This document shows, piece after piece, positions 34,486 to 45,275 of a stretch of DNA of 64,000 bases. The notes beneath the pieces are model-generated. The model ran no database searches. It saw nothing but the letters and a program-made list of their open reading frames with translations, and was not told the DNA's origin. The DNA comes from an uncultured Solirubrobacterales bacterium. GTDB lineage: Bacteria > Actinomycetota > Thermoleophilia > Solirubrobacterales > JBBDJG01. The stretch lies in NCBI GenBank assembly GCA_963826005.1, contig CAWGVJ010000002.1:267385-331384 (forward strand), written 5' to 3'. The stretch's first letter is position 1. Each line of letters begins with the position of its first letter. Position numbers and translations under genes: made by a program.

Positions 34486-34531
34486 GACGGTCGATCTGCA
34501 GCAGATCGACCGGTTCGTGGCGGGACGGTCG
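34486..34531 (+). repeat. Hairpin repeat copy D (intergenic, between a stop codon and the next GTG)
   Basis: GGTCGATCTG-cag-CAGATCGACC followed by GGTTCGTGGCGGGACGGTCG. The 9-mer GGACGGTCG occurs on both sides (34484-34492 and 34523-34531). Confidence 0.7.
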
Positions 34532-34535
34532 TAGC

Positions 34536-36300
34536 GTGAGCCGGCTGGTGCGGCCGGCAGCGGTGCCGGTGCTCGTCTTCGCGGCGCTCGTGGTCGCGAC
34601 GTTCGCTGCGTTCTTCGTCACGACCCGGCTGAAGCGCGCGGCGCCGGTGGTCGAGCAGGTCACCTTCCGGCGCAGCTTCTCGCCGAACGGCGACGGGCGC
34701 TTCGACGTCGCGCTGTTCTCGTTCCGCCTGCGCCGCTCCGACGACGTGACGGTGTCGGTGGTCACGCGCGACGGCGACGAGGTGCTGACGCTCGCCGAGG
34801 ACGTCCCGCTCGTCCGCGGGCGGCGCCACCGGTTTCGCTGGGACGGGCACAACGCCGCGGGCCGGGTCGCGCCCGACGGCGAGTACTCACCTGCGGGTCG
34901 GGCTGCGCCACCAGGGCCGCACCGTCACCTCGTCGCGCAAGCTCTTCCTCGACACGGTGCCGCCCAAGCCCGTCGTCAAGTCCGTGTCGCCGGACTCGAT
35001 CTCGCCCGACGGCGTCGGCGGGGCAACTCGGCGACGGCGCGGTTCGCGGGCCCGACCCGGCGCGCGCGGCTGCTCGTCTTCCGCACCGATCTCCCGCGCC
35101 CGCGGATCGTGGCCAGGCGCGACATCCCGCGCGGCGAGTCGACCGCTCGCTGGGACGGCCGCGTGACCGGCGGCGGCCCGGCGCCCACCGGCGCGTACCT
35201 GCTCGTCGTGCGCGCCCAGGACGCGGCCGGCAACGTCGGCCCGCGGCGCGTGCCGCCCGCGCCGCGGCGCAGTGCGCGGTCACCCGGGCCTGGCCGTCAG
35301 CTACGTGTCCGCGCGCGGCCCGGCCATCGTGGCCGCCGGCGGCGTCGCGCGGTTCACGGTGTCGGCGGACGGCCGGCGGTATCGCTGGAGCGTGCGCCGG
35401 CTGGGCGTCGGCCGGCCTCTCGCCCGCGGCACCGATCGATGCCGGGACGCTGACGCGTGCGCGCTCCCGCGGGCGCTCCGGCGTCGCGATGCTGACCGTG
35501 CGGGTCGGCACGCATCGCTACGCGACGCCGTTCGCGGTGCGAGAGCCGCCGCCGCGAGCGCGTGCTCGTGCTGCTCCCGCAGACCACCTGGCAGGCGCGC
35601 AACCAGGTCGAGGCCAACGGGGACGGCTATCCCGACGTGCTGCCCGAGGACGCGCGCGTGAGCGTGCGCCGCCCGTATGCGCGCACGGGCCTGCCGTCCG
35701 GGTTCGCCGGGGACGAGTCGGCGTTGCTCGCTTTCTCGACCGCGAGCACCTGCGCTACGACATCACCACGGACCTGGCGCCCGCAGGCGCCGCTCGACCG
35801 CTACACGGGCGTGCTGTTCGCGGGCCCGCCGCGCTTCGTCCCGGCCGGCACCGAGGGCGCTGTTGCGCTCCTACGTGCGAGGCGGCGGCCGGATCGCCTG
35901 GCTCGGCACCGGCGGCTTCGAGGGAGCGTGCGGACGGCCGGCGACGAACTCGTACGGCCGCGCGACAACGCCCGGGCGGCGCTGTTCGGCGAGCGCCTGC
36001 GGCCGGAGCCGGAGGCGGTGCCGGTCGCGGTCCTGAGCGACCACGTCGGGCTTCTTCGCGCGGTGTTCCCGCGCTCGTTCGGCCCGTTCGGCCCGCTCGA
36101 GGAATCGCTGCGCCTGCCGCTGCGGGCGCGCCTGCTGGCGTCGGCCGGCACGGGCGCGGATCGCCAGGCCGTGGTCGTCTATCGGCAAGGACGGCGGAAT
36201 CGTGGCGCGGGTCGGCATCGACGGGTTCGGCCGCGCGCTGCGCACCTCGCCCGCCGCCGAACGGATAATGCGCAGGCTATGGGTCCTGCTCTCGCGGTAG
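34536..36300 (+). pseudogene. Large exported/anchored hypothetical protein with FlgD-Ig-like repeats (many frameshifts)
   Basis: GVG at 34536 is a GTG start. It has an N-terminal TM helix and FSPNGDGRFDV...WDG...APDGEY and ARWDGR...APTGAYLLVVRAQDAAGN repeats. The C-terminal part is LLPQTTWQARNQVEANGDGYPDVLP...YTGVLFAGPPRF...GIDGFGRAL. Confidence 0.45.
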
Positions 36301-37844
36301 GCACCGCCGCGCCCAAGGCCGGAGTCGTGCTCGCGGCGCTTGCGGCGGCGGGCGTCCTGCTCGACCGCGACCCCCGGCGCCGCTCCTGGATGCTGCTGGC
36401 GCTCGTGCTCGCCGCCGTGATCCTGGTCAGCCACATCGCGGACACGGATCAGTTCCGCTCGATCAGCGACAACCGTGCCCGAGTTCGCCGGCCTGATCGC
36501 GGTCGCCGTGCTGACCGTCGGCCTGCTGCGGCGTCTGTCTCGTGCGCCGCCCGGACGCGCTGCCGCTGGTCGTGGTCGCGGTGCTCCCGTTCCGCGTGCC
36601 GATCGAGGCGGCCGGCACGCACCACCAACCTGCTCGTGCCGCTGTACGCTGGTCATCGCCGGGGCTGCGTCGCCTTCGCATGGCGCGGCTGCGCGACCGC
36701 GCCGCGCCCGACGGGGACGGACCCGCGCCAGGGCGCTGTCGCTGCGCGCTCGCCGCGTTGTGGTGCTGTACGCGCTCCAGGCGCTGTACTCGAAGGACTT
36801 CGACACGGCGCTCGAGCAGGTCGTCTTCTTCTTCGTGCCGTTCGCGCTCCTGTTCGCGCTGCTGACGCGAGGTGCGCTGGACCCGCGAGATCGTGCTCGT
36901 CCCTGCCTCGGCGTGGCGGTCGCGCTGTCGCTCGTCTTCGTGCGCGATCGGCTTCTGGGAGTACGGCCGGCGCGAGCTGCTCTGGAATCCGAAGGTGATC
37001 GCCGCGAACCAGTTCGAGTCGTACTTCCGCGTCAACTCGGTCTTCTGGGACCCGAACATCTACGGGCGCTTCCTGGTGCTGGTGATGCTTGGCACCACGG
37101 CGGTTCATGCTCTGGAGCCGCCGCCCCGGCGTCGCGATTCGCGCTCGGCGTCGTGCTGGCCGTGCTGTGGGGCGGGCTCGTGCTGACGTTCTCGCAGTCC
37201 AGCTTCGCGGCCCTCCTGCCGGGCCTGATCGTGCTTGCCGCACTGCGGTGGGACGTGCGCCGCACCGCCGCGGCGGCCGCGATCGGGCTCGCGTCGCGGC
37301 GGTGATCTTCGCGCTCGCATTCCAGAGCACGCTGAAGATCGACCTGGGCAACTCCGCGGGCCTGAACAAGGTCACGAGCGGCCGCTCGGACCTGATCCAG
37401 GGCGGCATCGACCTGTTCGCCAACCGGCCGGTGCAGGGTTACGGCTCGGGCGCGTTCGGGCGGGCCTTCCGGCGCGAGCGGAAGGGCAACCAGCAGCAGG
37501 CCGTATCGGCATCGCACACGATGCCGGTGACGGTGGCAGCGGAGCAGGGGCTGATCGGCCTGGTCGCCTACACGGCGGTCTGGTGGCGCGCGCTTTCACG
37601 CTGTTCGGGAACCGGATGGCAGCGCGGCCGCGCGGCCGGCGCCGGCGGCGTGGTCGCCCGCGCGGCGCTGGCCGCGATGTTCTGTCGCGCTGCGTGCTGC
37701 ACACGATGGTCTACGCGGCGTTCCTCGAGGACCCGTTCACCTGGGTGATACTGGCGGTCGGGCTGGCGCGTTGCCCGCAGCGCCCGGCTGGTCGTCGTGC
37801 GCGCGGCTCGGAGCCCCAGCACCGCGGAGCCGGCTCCAGTCTGA
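36279..37844 (+). pseudogene. O-antigen ligase (Wzy_C/WaaL-like) family membrane protein (many frameshifts)
   Basis: Pieces are YSKDFDTALEQVVFFFVPFALLFALL, RVNSVFWDPNIYGRFLVLVML, LTFSQSSFAALLPG, SGRSDLIQGGIDLFANRPVQGYGSGAF and SHTMPVTVAAEQGLIGL. Confidence 0.7.
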
Positions 37845-39323
37845 GCCACTGGGCGCGTACCTCGAGCGGCTGGTCCGGACCGGCGCGTGCCTACACCGCC
37901 TCGAGCGTCATCTCGAAGCTGTTCGCGGTCGCGCTGCTGCCGATCTACACGCGCCACCTGACCGCGCGGACTACGGCGCCGCAGAGGTGCTGCTGGCATT
38001 CGTGGTCGCTGCCAGCATCGTGCTGCGCCTGGGGATCATCGAGGCGCTGCTGCGCTTCTACTACAGCGGGAGGGAGGAGCGCCGCCGCGACGAGTGGTCG
38101 CTGCACCGCGGCGGCCTTCCTGCTCGTCGACGACCACCGTCGGCGCGCTGGTCGCGCTGCCGTTCGCCGGGCCGCTGTCGGAGCTGCTGCTCGGCCACCG
38201 CGACACGCGAGCTGATGCGGATCGCGATCGGCGGTCTGTGGGTGTTCAGCAACTACGAGCTGCTGATGGCGCTGTTCCGGCTGGACGAGCGCGCGGCGGC
38301 GCTTCTTCACCGCCAGCATCTGCGAACGTCGCTGCTGACGATCGGCCTGACCGTCTGGCTCGTGGTCGGCGCGACGAGGGCGCGCGCGGCCTGCTGCTCG
38401 GCAACTTCGGCGCCTCGCTCGCGGTGATCCTGCCGGTCCTGTTCTACGTGCAGCGCGCGCGCCTGCGCGCCGGTCCCGCTCCGCGACGCCGTGCTGCGGC
38501 CGATGCTGCGCTTCGGGCTGCCGACGATGCCCGCCGAGCTGTCGCTGTACGCGCTCGAACTTCATGGACCGCGTCGTGCTGGCGCGGGTGGCCGGACTGG
38601 CGGCGGCCGGCCTCTACTCGCTCGCGGTCAAGTTCAGCCAGGTGGTGACGGTGCTGGTCCGCGGCTTCAACCTCGCGTGGCCGCCGCTCGCCTACTCGAT
38701 CCGCGACGACGACGACGCGCGCCGCACCTACGTCGCTGATCGTCACCTACTACGTGCTGGTGTCGTTCACGGTCGTGCTGGCGCTGTCGCTGGAGGCGCG
38801 CTGGGTCGTGCGCGCGCTGGCGGCGCCGGAGTTCTTCGATTCCTACCAGGCCATCCCGCTGGTCGCCACCGGCGTCACGCTCTACGCGCTCTACCTCGTG
38901 CTCGTCCGTGGCGGTCGGGCGCATCGGCCGCACGGAATACAACTTCCCGGTCACGGGCGCGGCGCTCGCGGCCAACCTCGGCCTGAACCTGCTGCTGATC
39001 CCGCCGTACGGCATCGTGGGAGCCGGAATCGCGCTGGTCGCCTCGTACGTCGTGATGGTCGGCCTCATGTAGCTCGTCACGCGCCGGGTGTTCCCGCTCG
39101 GCCGTTCGAGTGGGCGCGGATTGCGCGCATCGTCGGGCTGGCCGCCGCGCTGTTCGCCGCGCGGGGAGCTGCTGCTGCCCGACTCGGGCGCGGTCGGGTT
39201 CGTGTCGCGGGCGGCGCTGGTGCCGGTCTTCTGGGCGCTGCTGTACGTGACCGGCTTCTTCCACCCGGCCGAGCTGCGAGCAGCTGCGTGTGATGCCGCG
39301 CCCGCGTGCGCCGACTGCGCTGA
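37771..39323 (+). pseudogene. Polysaccharide flippase (MOP/Wzx family) (many frameshifts plus an in-frame TAG at 39070-39072)
   Basis: Pieces are SSVISKLFAVALLPIYTRHLT, DYGAAEVLLAFVVAASIVLRLGIIEALLRFYY, LRPMLRFGLPTMPAELS, GLYSLAVKFSQVV and LIPPYGIVGAGIALVASYVVMVGLM*LVTRRVFP. Confidence 0.7.
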
Positions 39324-39328
39324 GTCGC

Positions 39329-40226
39329 TCAGCGCAGGCGCCGCAGGACCTCGAAGCCCTGCGCAGCCGCACGGAGCTGATGGACGAGGTGCACGACGCC
39401 GAGTAGGGCGACGAGCACGCTCGCGGCCGGTCACGTGCTGGATCACCGGGTACTCGCCGTCGAGCCCGCCGAGGAGGAGGTCGAGCGCCACGAAGCAGGT
39501 CGAGCAGGTTGACGAAGCCGGGGAACACGAGCACCTGCCCGAGGTTGGTCCAGCGTCGCCACAGGAAGCCGCGTTCCGCCGGCGCCCGGCGCGCCGCTGC
39601 TCGTAGGCGCGCCTCGAGGTCGAGCAGCTCCGGGTCGCCGCCCTGGCGCGCGAGCACGGCGCGCAGGAACTCGGGCGATCCGCGCAGCTCGGGGCGGTCC
39701 CGGTACAGGCCCAGCAGCACGTGGTCGCGCGCCGAGTAGGGCACGCGCACGACGCTCAGGATCGCCATCAGCGCGGCCAGCAGCAGCCAGGCGTCGTGAC
39801 CGCTCTGGGTGTACGCGCCCCACGCGACGCGCCGATCGCGATCGCGGGCACGTAGTAGTGGCCGAGCCAGTCGAGGTAGGCGCCGCCGGCGTTGGTGGGC
39901 GTGCCCTGCACCTGCGCGCGGTAGCGCGCGATCTCGCCGTCGGAGAAGTCGACCACGAACGACAGCTGCAGCAGCACGAGGCCCCCGACACAGCACCCAG
40001 AACTCGGTTCGAGGCGAGCATCAGGGCGCCCGCGACGCCGATCAGGATTCCGATGATCGGTGACCGTGTTGGCGCTCATGCGCGTGTGCAGGAGCAGCCA
40101 GGTGATCCGGATCGACAGCTTGCGGATCACCGCGGCGTAGGCGTTGCGGAAGTCGCGCGCCGCGCCGGGATCCCGCCCCTCGCCGCCGCAGATCGCCTCC
40201 AGCTCTCGAATGGGCGGGACGGGCAT
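39329..40226 (-). pseudogene. CDP-alcohol phosphatidyltransferase family protein (frameshifted)
   Basis: Signature DFSDGEIARYR...GAYLDWLGHY (DGxxAR...G...D type) and TM segments. The C-terminal end, SVLVALLGVVHLVHQLRAAAQGFEVLRRLR with stop at 39329-39331, comes from my own translation. Confidence 0.62.
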
Positions 40227-40247
40227 GCCCGATACTTTGCGCCAGCC

Positions 40248-40963
40248 ATGACGGCTGGTCATTCCCGTTGTCTACCTCGCGGCCGGCGAGGGCCGGCGCC
40301 TGCGCCCGCTCACCGACGCGGCGCCGAAGGCGATGCTCGACGTCGGCGGCGTCTCGCTCGCGGAGCGCGCGCTGTCGAGCCTGCGCGGCGCGGGGGTCGA
40401 GGAGGTGGTGGCCGTCACCGGTCACGCGCGTGAAGCGCTCGACGCCCTCGGCGACCTGATCTCCTCCGAGCGGGTCAACCCGCTGTACGTGGAGCACGGC
40501 AACATCTATTCGCTGTGGTGCGCGCGCGACGTCGTGAGCCGCGGGTGCTACATCGTCAACTGCGACGTGCTGTTCGGCGACGCGATCGCGCGGGCGCTGG
40601 TGAGTGCCACCGGATCATGTGTGCTGTGTGCGGCCGACCACGGCGTCGACGCCGAGTCGATGAAGGCGGTGGCCGGCGACGGCCGGCTCGAGGCGTCTCA
40701 GCAAGGACGCGCCGGTGGGCCCGCATCCCGAGTACATCGGCCTCGCCCGGATCGACCCCGCGCACGGCCCGGCTCTGGCCGACGCGCTCGAGCGCTTCGT
40801 GCGCGAGGGCCCGCTCGACGTGTACTACGAGGACGCGATCCAGGAGCTCGCGCGCAGCGTGCCGGTGGGGCTCGTCCCCGTCGACGGGCTCGCCTGGATC
40901 GAGATCGACGACCACGAGGACCTCGCGCAGGCGCGCGACGAGGTGCTCGCTCGCGTCGCGTGA
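40248..40963 (+). pseudogene. Nucleotidyltransferase (MobA/LicC-like, probable cytidylyltransferase) (frameshifted)
   Basis: VVYLAAGEGRRLRPLTDAAPKAML (GxGxRL NTP-transferase loop). The C-terminal part, EYIGLARIDP...WIEIDDHEDL, lies in ORF 40715..40963. Confidence 0.68.
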
Positions 40964-42081
40964 GGGCCGAGGGGCCGCCCGAGGCCGCGCCGCGCCGTCA
41001 CGGCCTCGCGGTGTGGCGGCGCTACATGGAGCTGCCGCGCTACCTGCGCGCCGTCAGTGGTCAGCAGGAGCTGGCCGCCGCGCTCGAGGAGCTCGCCGCC
41101 GGCCTCGACTTCGACCGGCTCGCGGTGGTCAGCGGGACGACCTTCACCGCCGGGGTCGCGCGCGAGCTGGCCGCCGCGCTGCCGCGGGCCGGCGACGCTC
41201 CCGTCGGCGTCGAGGCCAACACCGAGTCCGAGGTCGCACGGGTCGCCGCGGCGCCCGCGCTGCGCGAGGCCGATGCCGTCGTGGCGGTGGGAGGGGGCAA
41301 GACGATCGACGTCGCCAAGTCCGCGTGCGCGGTGGCCGAGCTGCCGCTGATCGTCGTGCCGACGCAGCTCACGGCGGACGGCATCGCTTCCCCGGTGAGC
41401 GTGATCCGCGACGCCGGCGGGCGCCTGCGCAGCGGGCCCGGGCGGTTGCCGATCGCGGTCGCCGTCGATCTGGCCGTGGTCGCCGCGGCGCCGGCGGCGC
41501 GCACGCGCGCGGGCCTCGGCGACCTGCTCGCCAACCCTGCGCGCTGCACGACTGGCACCTCGCGGCCGCGGCCGGCGGGGAGGAGGTGGACGACTTCGCC
41601 GCGCTGCTGCTCGCAGAGCGCCTTCGACCTGGTCTACGCGCCGGCGCCCGTGGCGCTGGACGACGGCCCGCCCCCGGCCGAGTTCCTGCACCGCCTGCTG
41701 CGCGGCCTCGTGCTGAGCGGCCTCGCGATGGAGATCGCGGGCTCGTCGCGCCCGTGCTCGGGGTCGGAGCACCTGATCAGCCATGCGCTCGACTCGCTGC
41801 ACCCCGGAACGGCGCAGCACGGGGAGCAGGTGGCCTTCGGGGCGCTGCTCGCGACGCGGCTGCAGGGCGGCGACTGGCGCGGCCTGCGCGACTTCATGCG
41901 CGCCGCCGGCCTGGGCGACGCGGCGGCCGGGTTCGGGCTGCCGGCCGAGGAGATCGCCGCCGTGGTGCGCGCCGCTCCCTCGATGCGACCCGAGCGGCAC
42001 ACGGTGCTGAGCGAGCCGGGCATCGCGGAGGTGGCCGTGGGCGAAGCGGTCGGCGACGTGCTTGGCGGACCCGGCGCGTGA
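40960..42081 (+). pseudogene. Fe-ADH/DHQS-superfamily enzyme, closest in motif pattern to sn-glycerol-1-phosphate dehydrogenase or glycerol dehydrogenase (two compensating frameshifts, about 41535-41600)
   Basis: Motifs are AVVAVGGGKTIDVAKS, LIVVPTQLTADGIASP, SGSEHLISHALD and HGEQVAFG. The start is either the GTG at 40960 (GTGA overlap) or the ATG at 41026. Confidence 0.65.
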
Positions 42082-42710
42082 ACATTCACGTGCGGCCCGC
42101 CCGCGCCGGCGAGGCGCCGGCGCTCGCGCCGCTCCTGTATGCGGTCAACCCGCAGCTGCACGACCGCTTCGCGGGCGGCCGCGAGCGCGCGCTGCAGCTG
42201 ATCGCCGAGGCGTTCGACAGCCCGGGCCACAGCGGCAGCGCGGAGGTCGTGCGCGTCGCCGAGGTGGATTCGACGCCCGCGGGAGTGATCGGCTGCTACC
42301 CCAATTGGGAGGGAGCCGCGCGCGGGCGCGCCGACGTGCGGCTGGGCCTGCGCCGGGCGTCGTTGCTGCGCCGCCCGCTGCTGCTCGCGTTCGTCTACCG
42401 CATGCAGCGCGCGATACCGGAGTCGGCGCACGAGGCGCTGTACGTCGACGCGCTCGCCACGGCCCCGGAGTTCAGGCGCCAGGGCGTCGCCCGTGCGCTG
42501 CTCGGCGCGGCCGCGGACGAGGCGCGGCGCCTCGGCCTGATCCGCGTCTGCCTCGAGACCGAGGTGGCGAACGCGCCGGCGCGGCGGCTGTACGAGAGCG
42601 CCGGTTTCCTGGTCGCGGCGCAGGGCCGGCGGGTGCGCGGCGTCCCGCGCTTCGTGAGCTATGTGCGCGAGCTCGGCGCCTTCACGGGCGCTATTCGCCC
42701 AGCACCTTGA
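42078..42710 (+). CDS. GNAT-family N-acetyltransferase
   Basis: GTG at 42078 overlaps the upstream stop (GTGA). The acetyl-CoA-binding segment is [22 protein letters not shown], followed by [13 protein letters not shown]. Confidence 0.75.
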   Translation: MNIHVRPARAGEAPALAPLLYAVNPQLHDRFAGGRERALQLIAEAFDSPGHSGSAEVVRVAEVDSTPAGVIGCYPNWEGAARGRADVRLGLRRASLLRRPLLLAFVYRMQRAIPESAHEALYVDALATAPEFRRQGVARALLGAAADEARRLGLIRVCLETEVANAPARRLYESAGFLVAAQGRRVRGVPRFVSYVRELGAFTGAIRPAP

Positions 42711-43153
42711 TGATCAGGCGCTTGCGCCGGCGCGCCGTCGAACTCCGCGTAGAAGACCTGCTGCCACGGGCCCAGGTCGAGCCGGCCGTCGGTCACCGGC
42801 AGGACGACCTGGTGGTGGACCAGCAGGTTCTTCCAGTGCGCGTCGCCGTTGTCCTCGCCGCCGCGGTGATGGCGGAAGTCGCCGGGGTCCGGCGACAGCT
42901 CGCGCGCGACGTCGTTCGCGGGCGGCTTCCACGACGGGGGTGCGAGCTTGTCGAGCCATTCGAGCGTGTCCTCGAGGATTCCCGGCTCGTCGTCGTTGAC
43001 CCACACGCCCGCGGTGATGTGCATCGCCGACACGAGGGCCATGCCCTCCGCGATGCCGGCCTCGTCGACGGCCTCCTGCACGTCGTCGGTGATCCGCACC
43101 CACTCGCGCCGCTGGGAGGTCTGGAAGGTGCGGTAGACGGTATGAGTTTTCAC
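42691..43153 (-). pseudogene. YjbQ/UPF0047 family protein (secondary thiamine-phosphate synthase-like); one frameshift near 42730
   Basis: [12 protein letters not shown]...[20 protein letters not shown]...[17 protein letters not shown]...[13 protein letters not shown]. The true tail, [12 protein letters not shown], ends at 42691-42693 in the shifted frame. Confidence 0.8.
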
Positions 43154-44122
43154 GGTTCGCCTCCTCGGGCCGCCTTTGCTTGCTCTTCTTGGTTGTACGC
43201 GTCAGCGGCCTCCCTCAATCCCTTGCCACGGGCGGGGAGCAGGGAATGGTAGGCGTGCCACCAGTACCGGCGGGGGCTGTGGCCCGGCAGGATCACGGCG
43301 GCCAGCGCGCGCAGCAGATAGGTGAACGCGGTCAGCACGCGCACGATCGCCGCGGCCGCCGCCGCCGTGGTGCTTTCGCATGTAGCGGTCGCGGTTGCGC
43401 GAGAACTCGACGATCCGCCGGCGCGCGCCCGCGCCGTGCGAGAGCTGCTCGCCGTGGACGATCGTGGACTCGGGCACGTACAGCACGGACCACCCCGCCT
43501 CATGGGCGCGCTGCTGCCAGTCGACCTCGTCCGAGTACACGAAGAAATCGGGGTCCATCGCGCCGACCTGCTCGTACGCGTCGCGCCGGACCATCATGCC
43601 GGCCGACTGCACCCAGCCGACCTCCCGTACCTCATCGCCCGTGCTCTGCACGGTCACGCGGTTGTGCAGGAATAGCGCACCGGCCAGCGCACTGGCGACG
43701 CCCGGCAGGCGCCACGCCGACGGCTGCTGCTCCCCGGCGCGGTTGACGATGCGCGCGCCGGCCACGCCCGCCCGCGGCGCAGCCGAGAGCCTCGCCCGCA
43801 GCGTGTTGGCGGCGCCCGGGGTCAGCTCGGAGTCCTCGTTCAGGAGCAGCAGCCAGCGCCCGCGGCTGCGGGCCATCAGCTCCGAGTCGTTCTCGGCCTT
43901 CCCGCGGCGCCGGTCCAGCGGGATCAGCTCCACCGACTCCCCGAACCGCTCCCGCACGGCCGCGGCGGTGCCGTCGCGCGAGGCGTTGTCGAGCACCAGG
44001 ACCTCGAACGAAACGCCCGGTGGATGGGCGAAAACCGAGTCGAGGCACCGCAGCAGGTCCTCGCGGGCGTCGGTGCTGACGATGCAGATCGAGAGATCCT
44101 CGGGAGCTGCCCTGAAGGGCAT
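43150..44122 (-). pseudogene. Family 2 glycosyltransferase (one frameshift near 43365)
   Basis: The ATG at 44122 gives LSICIVSTDAREDLLRCLDSV...VLVLDNASRDGT...LLLNEDSEL...SAGMMVRRDAYEQVG (GT-A fold, DxD/ED motifs). The tail lies in ORF 43150..43503. Confidence 0.8.
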
Positions 44123-44155
44123 CGCGCCTCGGCGCCGCCAACATAATCCCCGCCG

Positions 44156-45275
44156 ATGCGCGTGACGGTCGCCGACCCGCCCGCCTACACGCCGCCCTAC
44201 GACCACGCGCTGTGCGAGGCGCTCGCGGACCGGGGGCTCGACGTGACCCTCGCCACCGCCCATTTCCGGTTCGGAGCGGTGCCCGCGCCGCGCGGCTACC
44301 GGCGGGCGGAGTGCTTCTACCGGGTCGCGCCGGGCAGCGCCGCGGCCAAGGCGCTGCAGCATCCGCTCGACATGGCGCGGCTCGCGCGCCGGGTGAGGGC
44401 GGAGCGCAGCGACGTCGTCCACTTCCAGTGGCTGCCGATACCGAACCTCGACCGGGTGCTGCTGCGGAGGTTCCCCCGGCCGGTCGTCCTCACCGCCCAC
44501 GACGTGACGCCGCGCGAGGTGCGAACGGGCGCGCGGGGCGGCATGCCGGCCGTGCTGCGTGCGGTCGACGCGGTGGTCGTGCACTCGCAGGCGGGGGCGC
44601 GGCGGGTCGTCGAGGAGGCGCAGGTGCCGGCCGCGCGCGTGCACGTGATCCCGCACGGCGCGTTCGCCCACCTCGCGCGCATGCCCGAGGGACCGCCACC
44701 GCCCGCGCTCGTCGGGCTGGAGGACCGGCGCGTCGTGCTCTTCTTCGGCCTGCGTGCGCCCGTACAAGGGAGTCGACCTGCTGGTGGAAGCGCTGGCCGG
44801 CACGCCCGACGACGTCGTGCTGCTGGTCGTCGGGATGCCGCGCATGTCACTCGCGCCGCTCGAGCGCCGCGCGCGCGAGCTGGGCATCGCCGAGCGCGTG
44901 CGGTTCGTGCCACGGTTCGTGCCCGACGCGGACGTGCCCGCGTACTTCCGGCGCGCGGACGTGGCCGTGCTGCCCTACCGCGAGATCGAGCAGTCGGGAG
45001 TGCTGTACACGGCACTCGCGTTCGGCACGCCGCTGCTGCTGAGCGCGGTCGGCGGCTTCCCCGAGATCGCGGAGCGCGGCGCCGCGCGGCTGGTCGAGCC
45101 CGGCAGCGTGGAGTCGCTGCGCTCTGGACTCACCGGCCTGCTCGACGACGCGCCGGCGCGGCGGGAGCTGTCGCAGGCGGCGCTCGCGCTCGCGGCCGGC
45201 GATCACTCCTGGGAGCGCGCGGCCGCGCTCACCGAGGAGCTGTACCGCAAGCTGCTGGAGGAGCGAGCGGCATGA
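44156..45275 (+). pseudogene. GT4/GT1-family glycosyltransferase (one frameshift near 44755)
   Basis: The N-terminal half is in ORF 44156.. . The C-terminal half, in ORF 44754..45275, has VVLLVVG...RVRFVPRFVPDADVPAYFRRADVAVLPYREIEQSGVLYTALAFGTP (the E-x7-E region). Confidence 0.85.
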
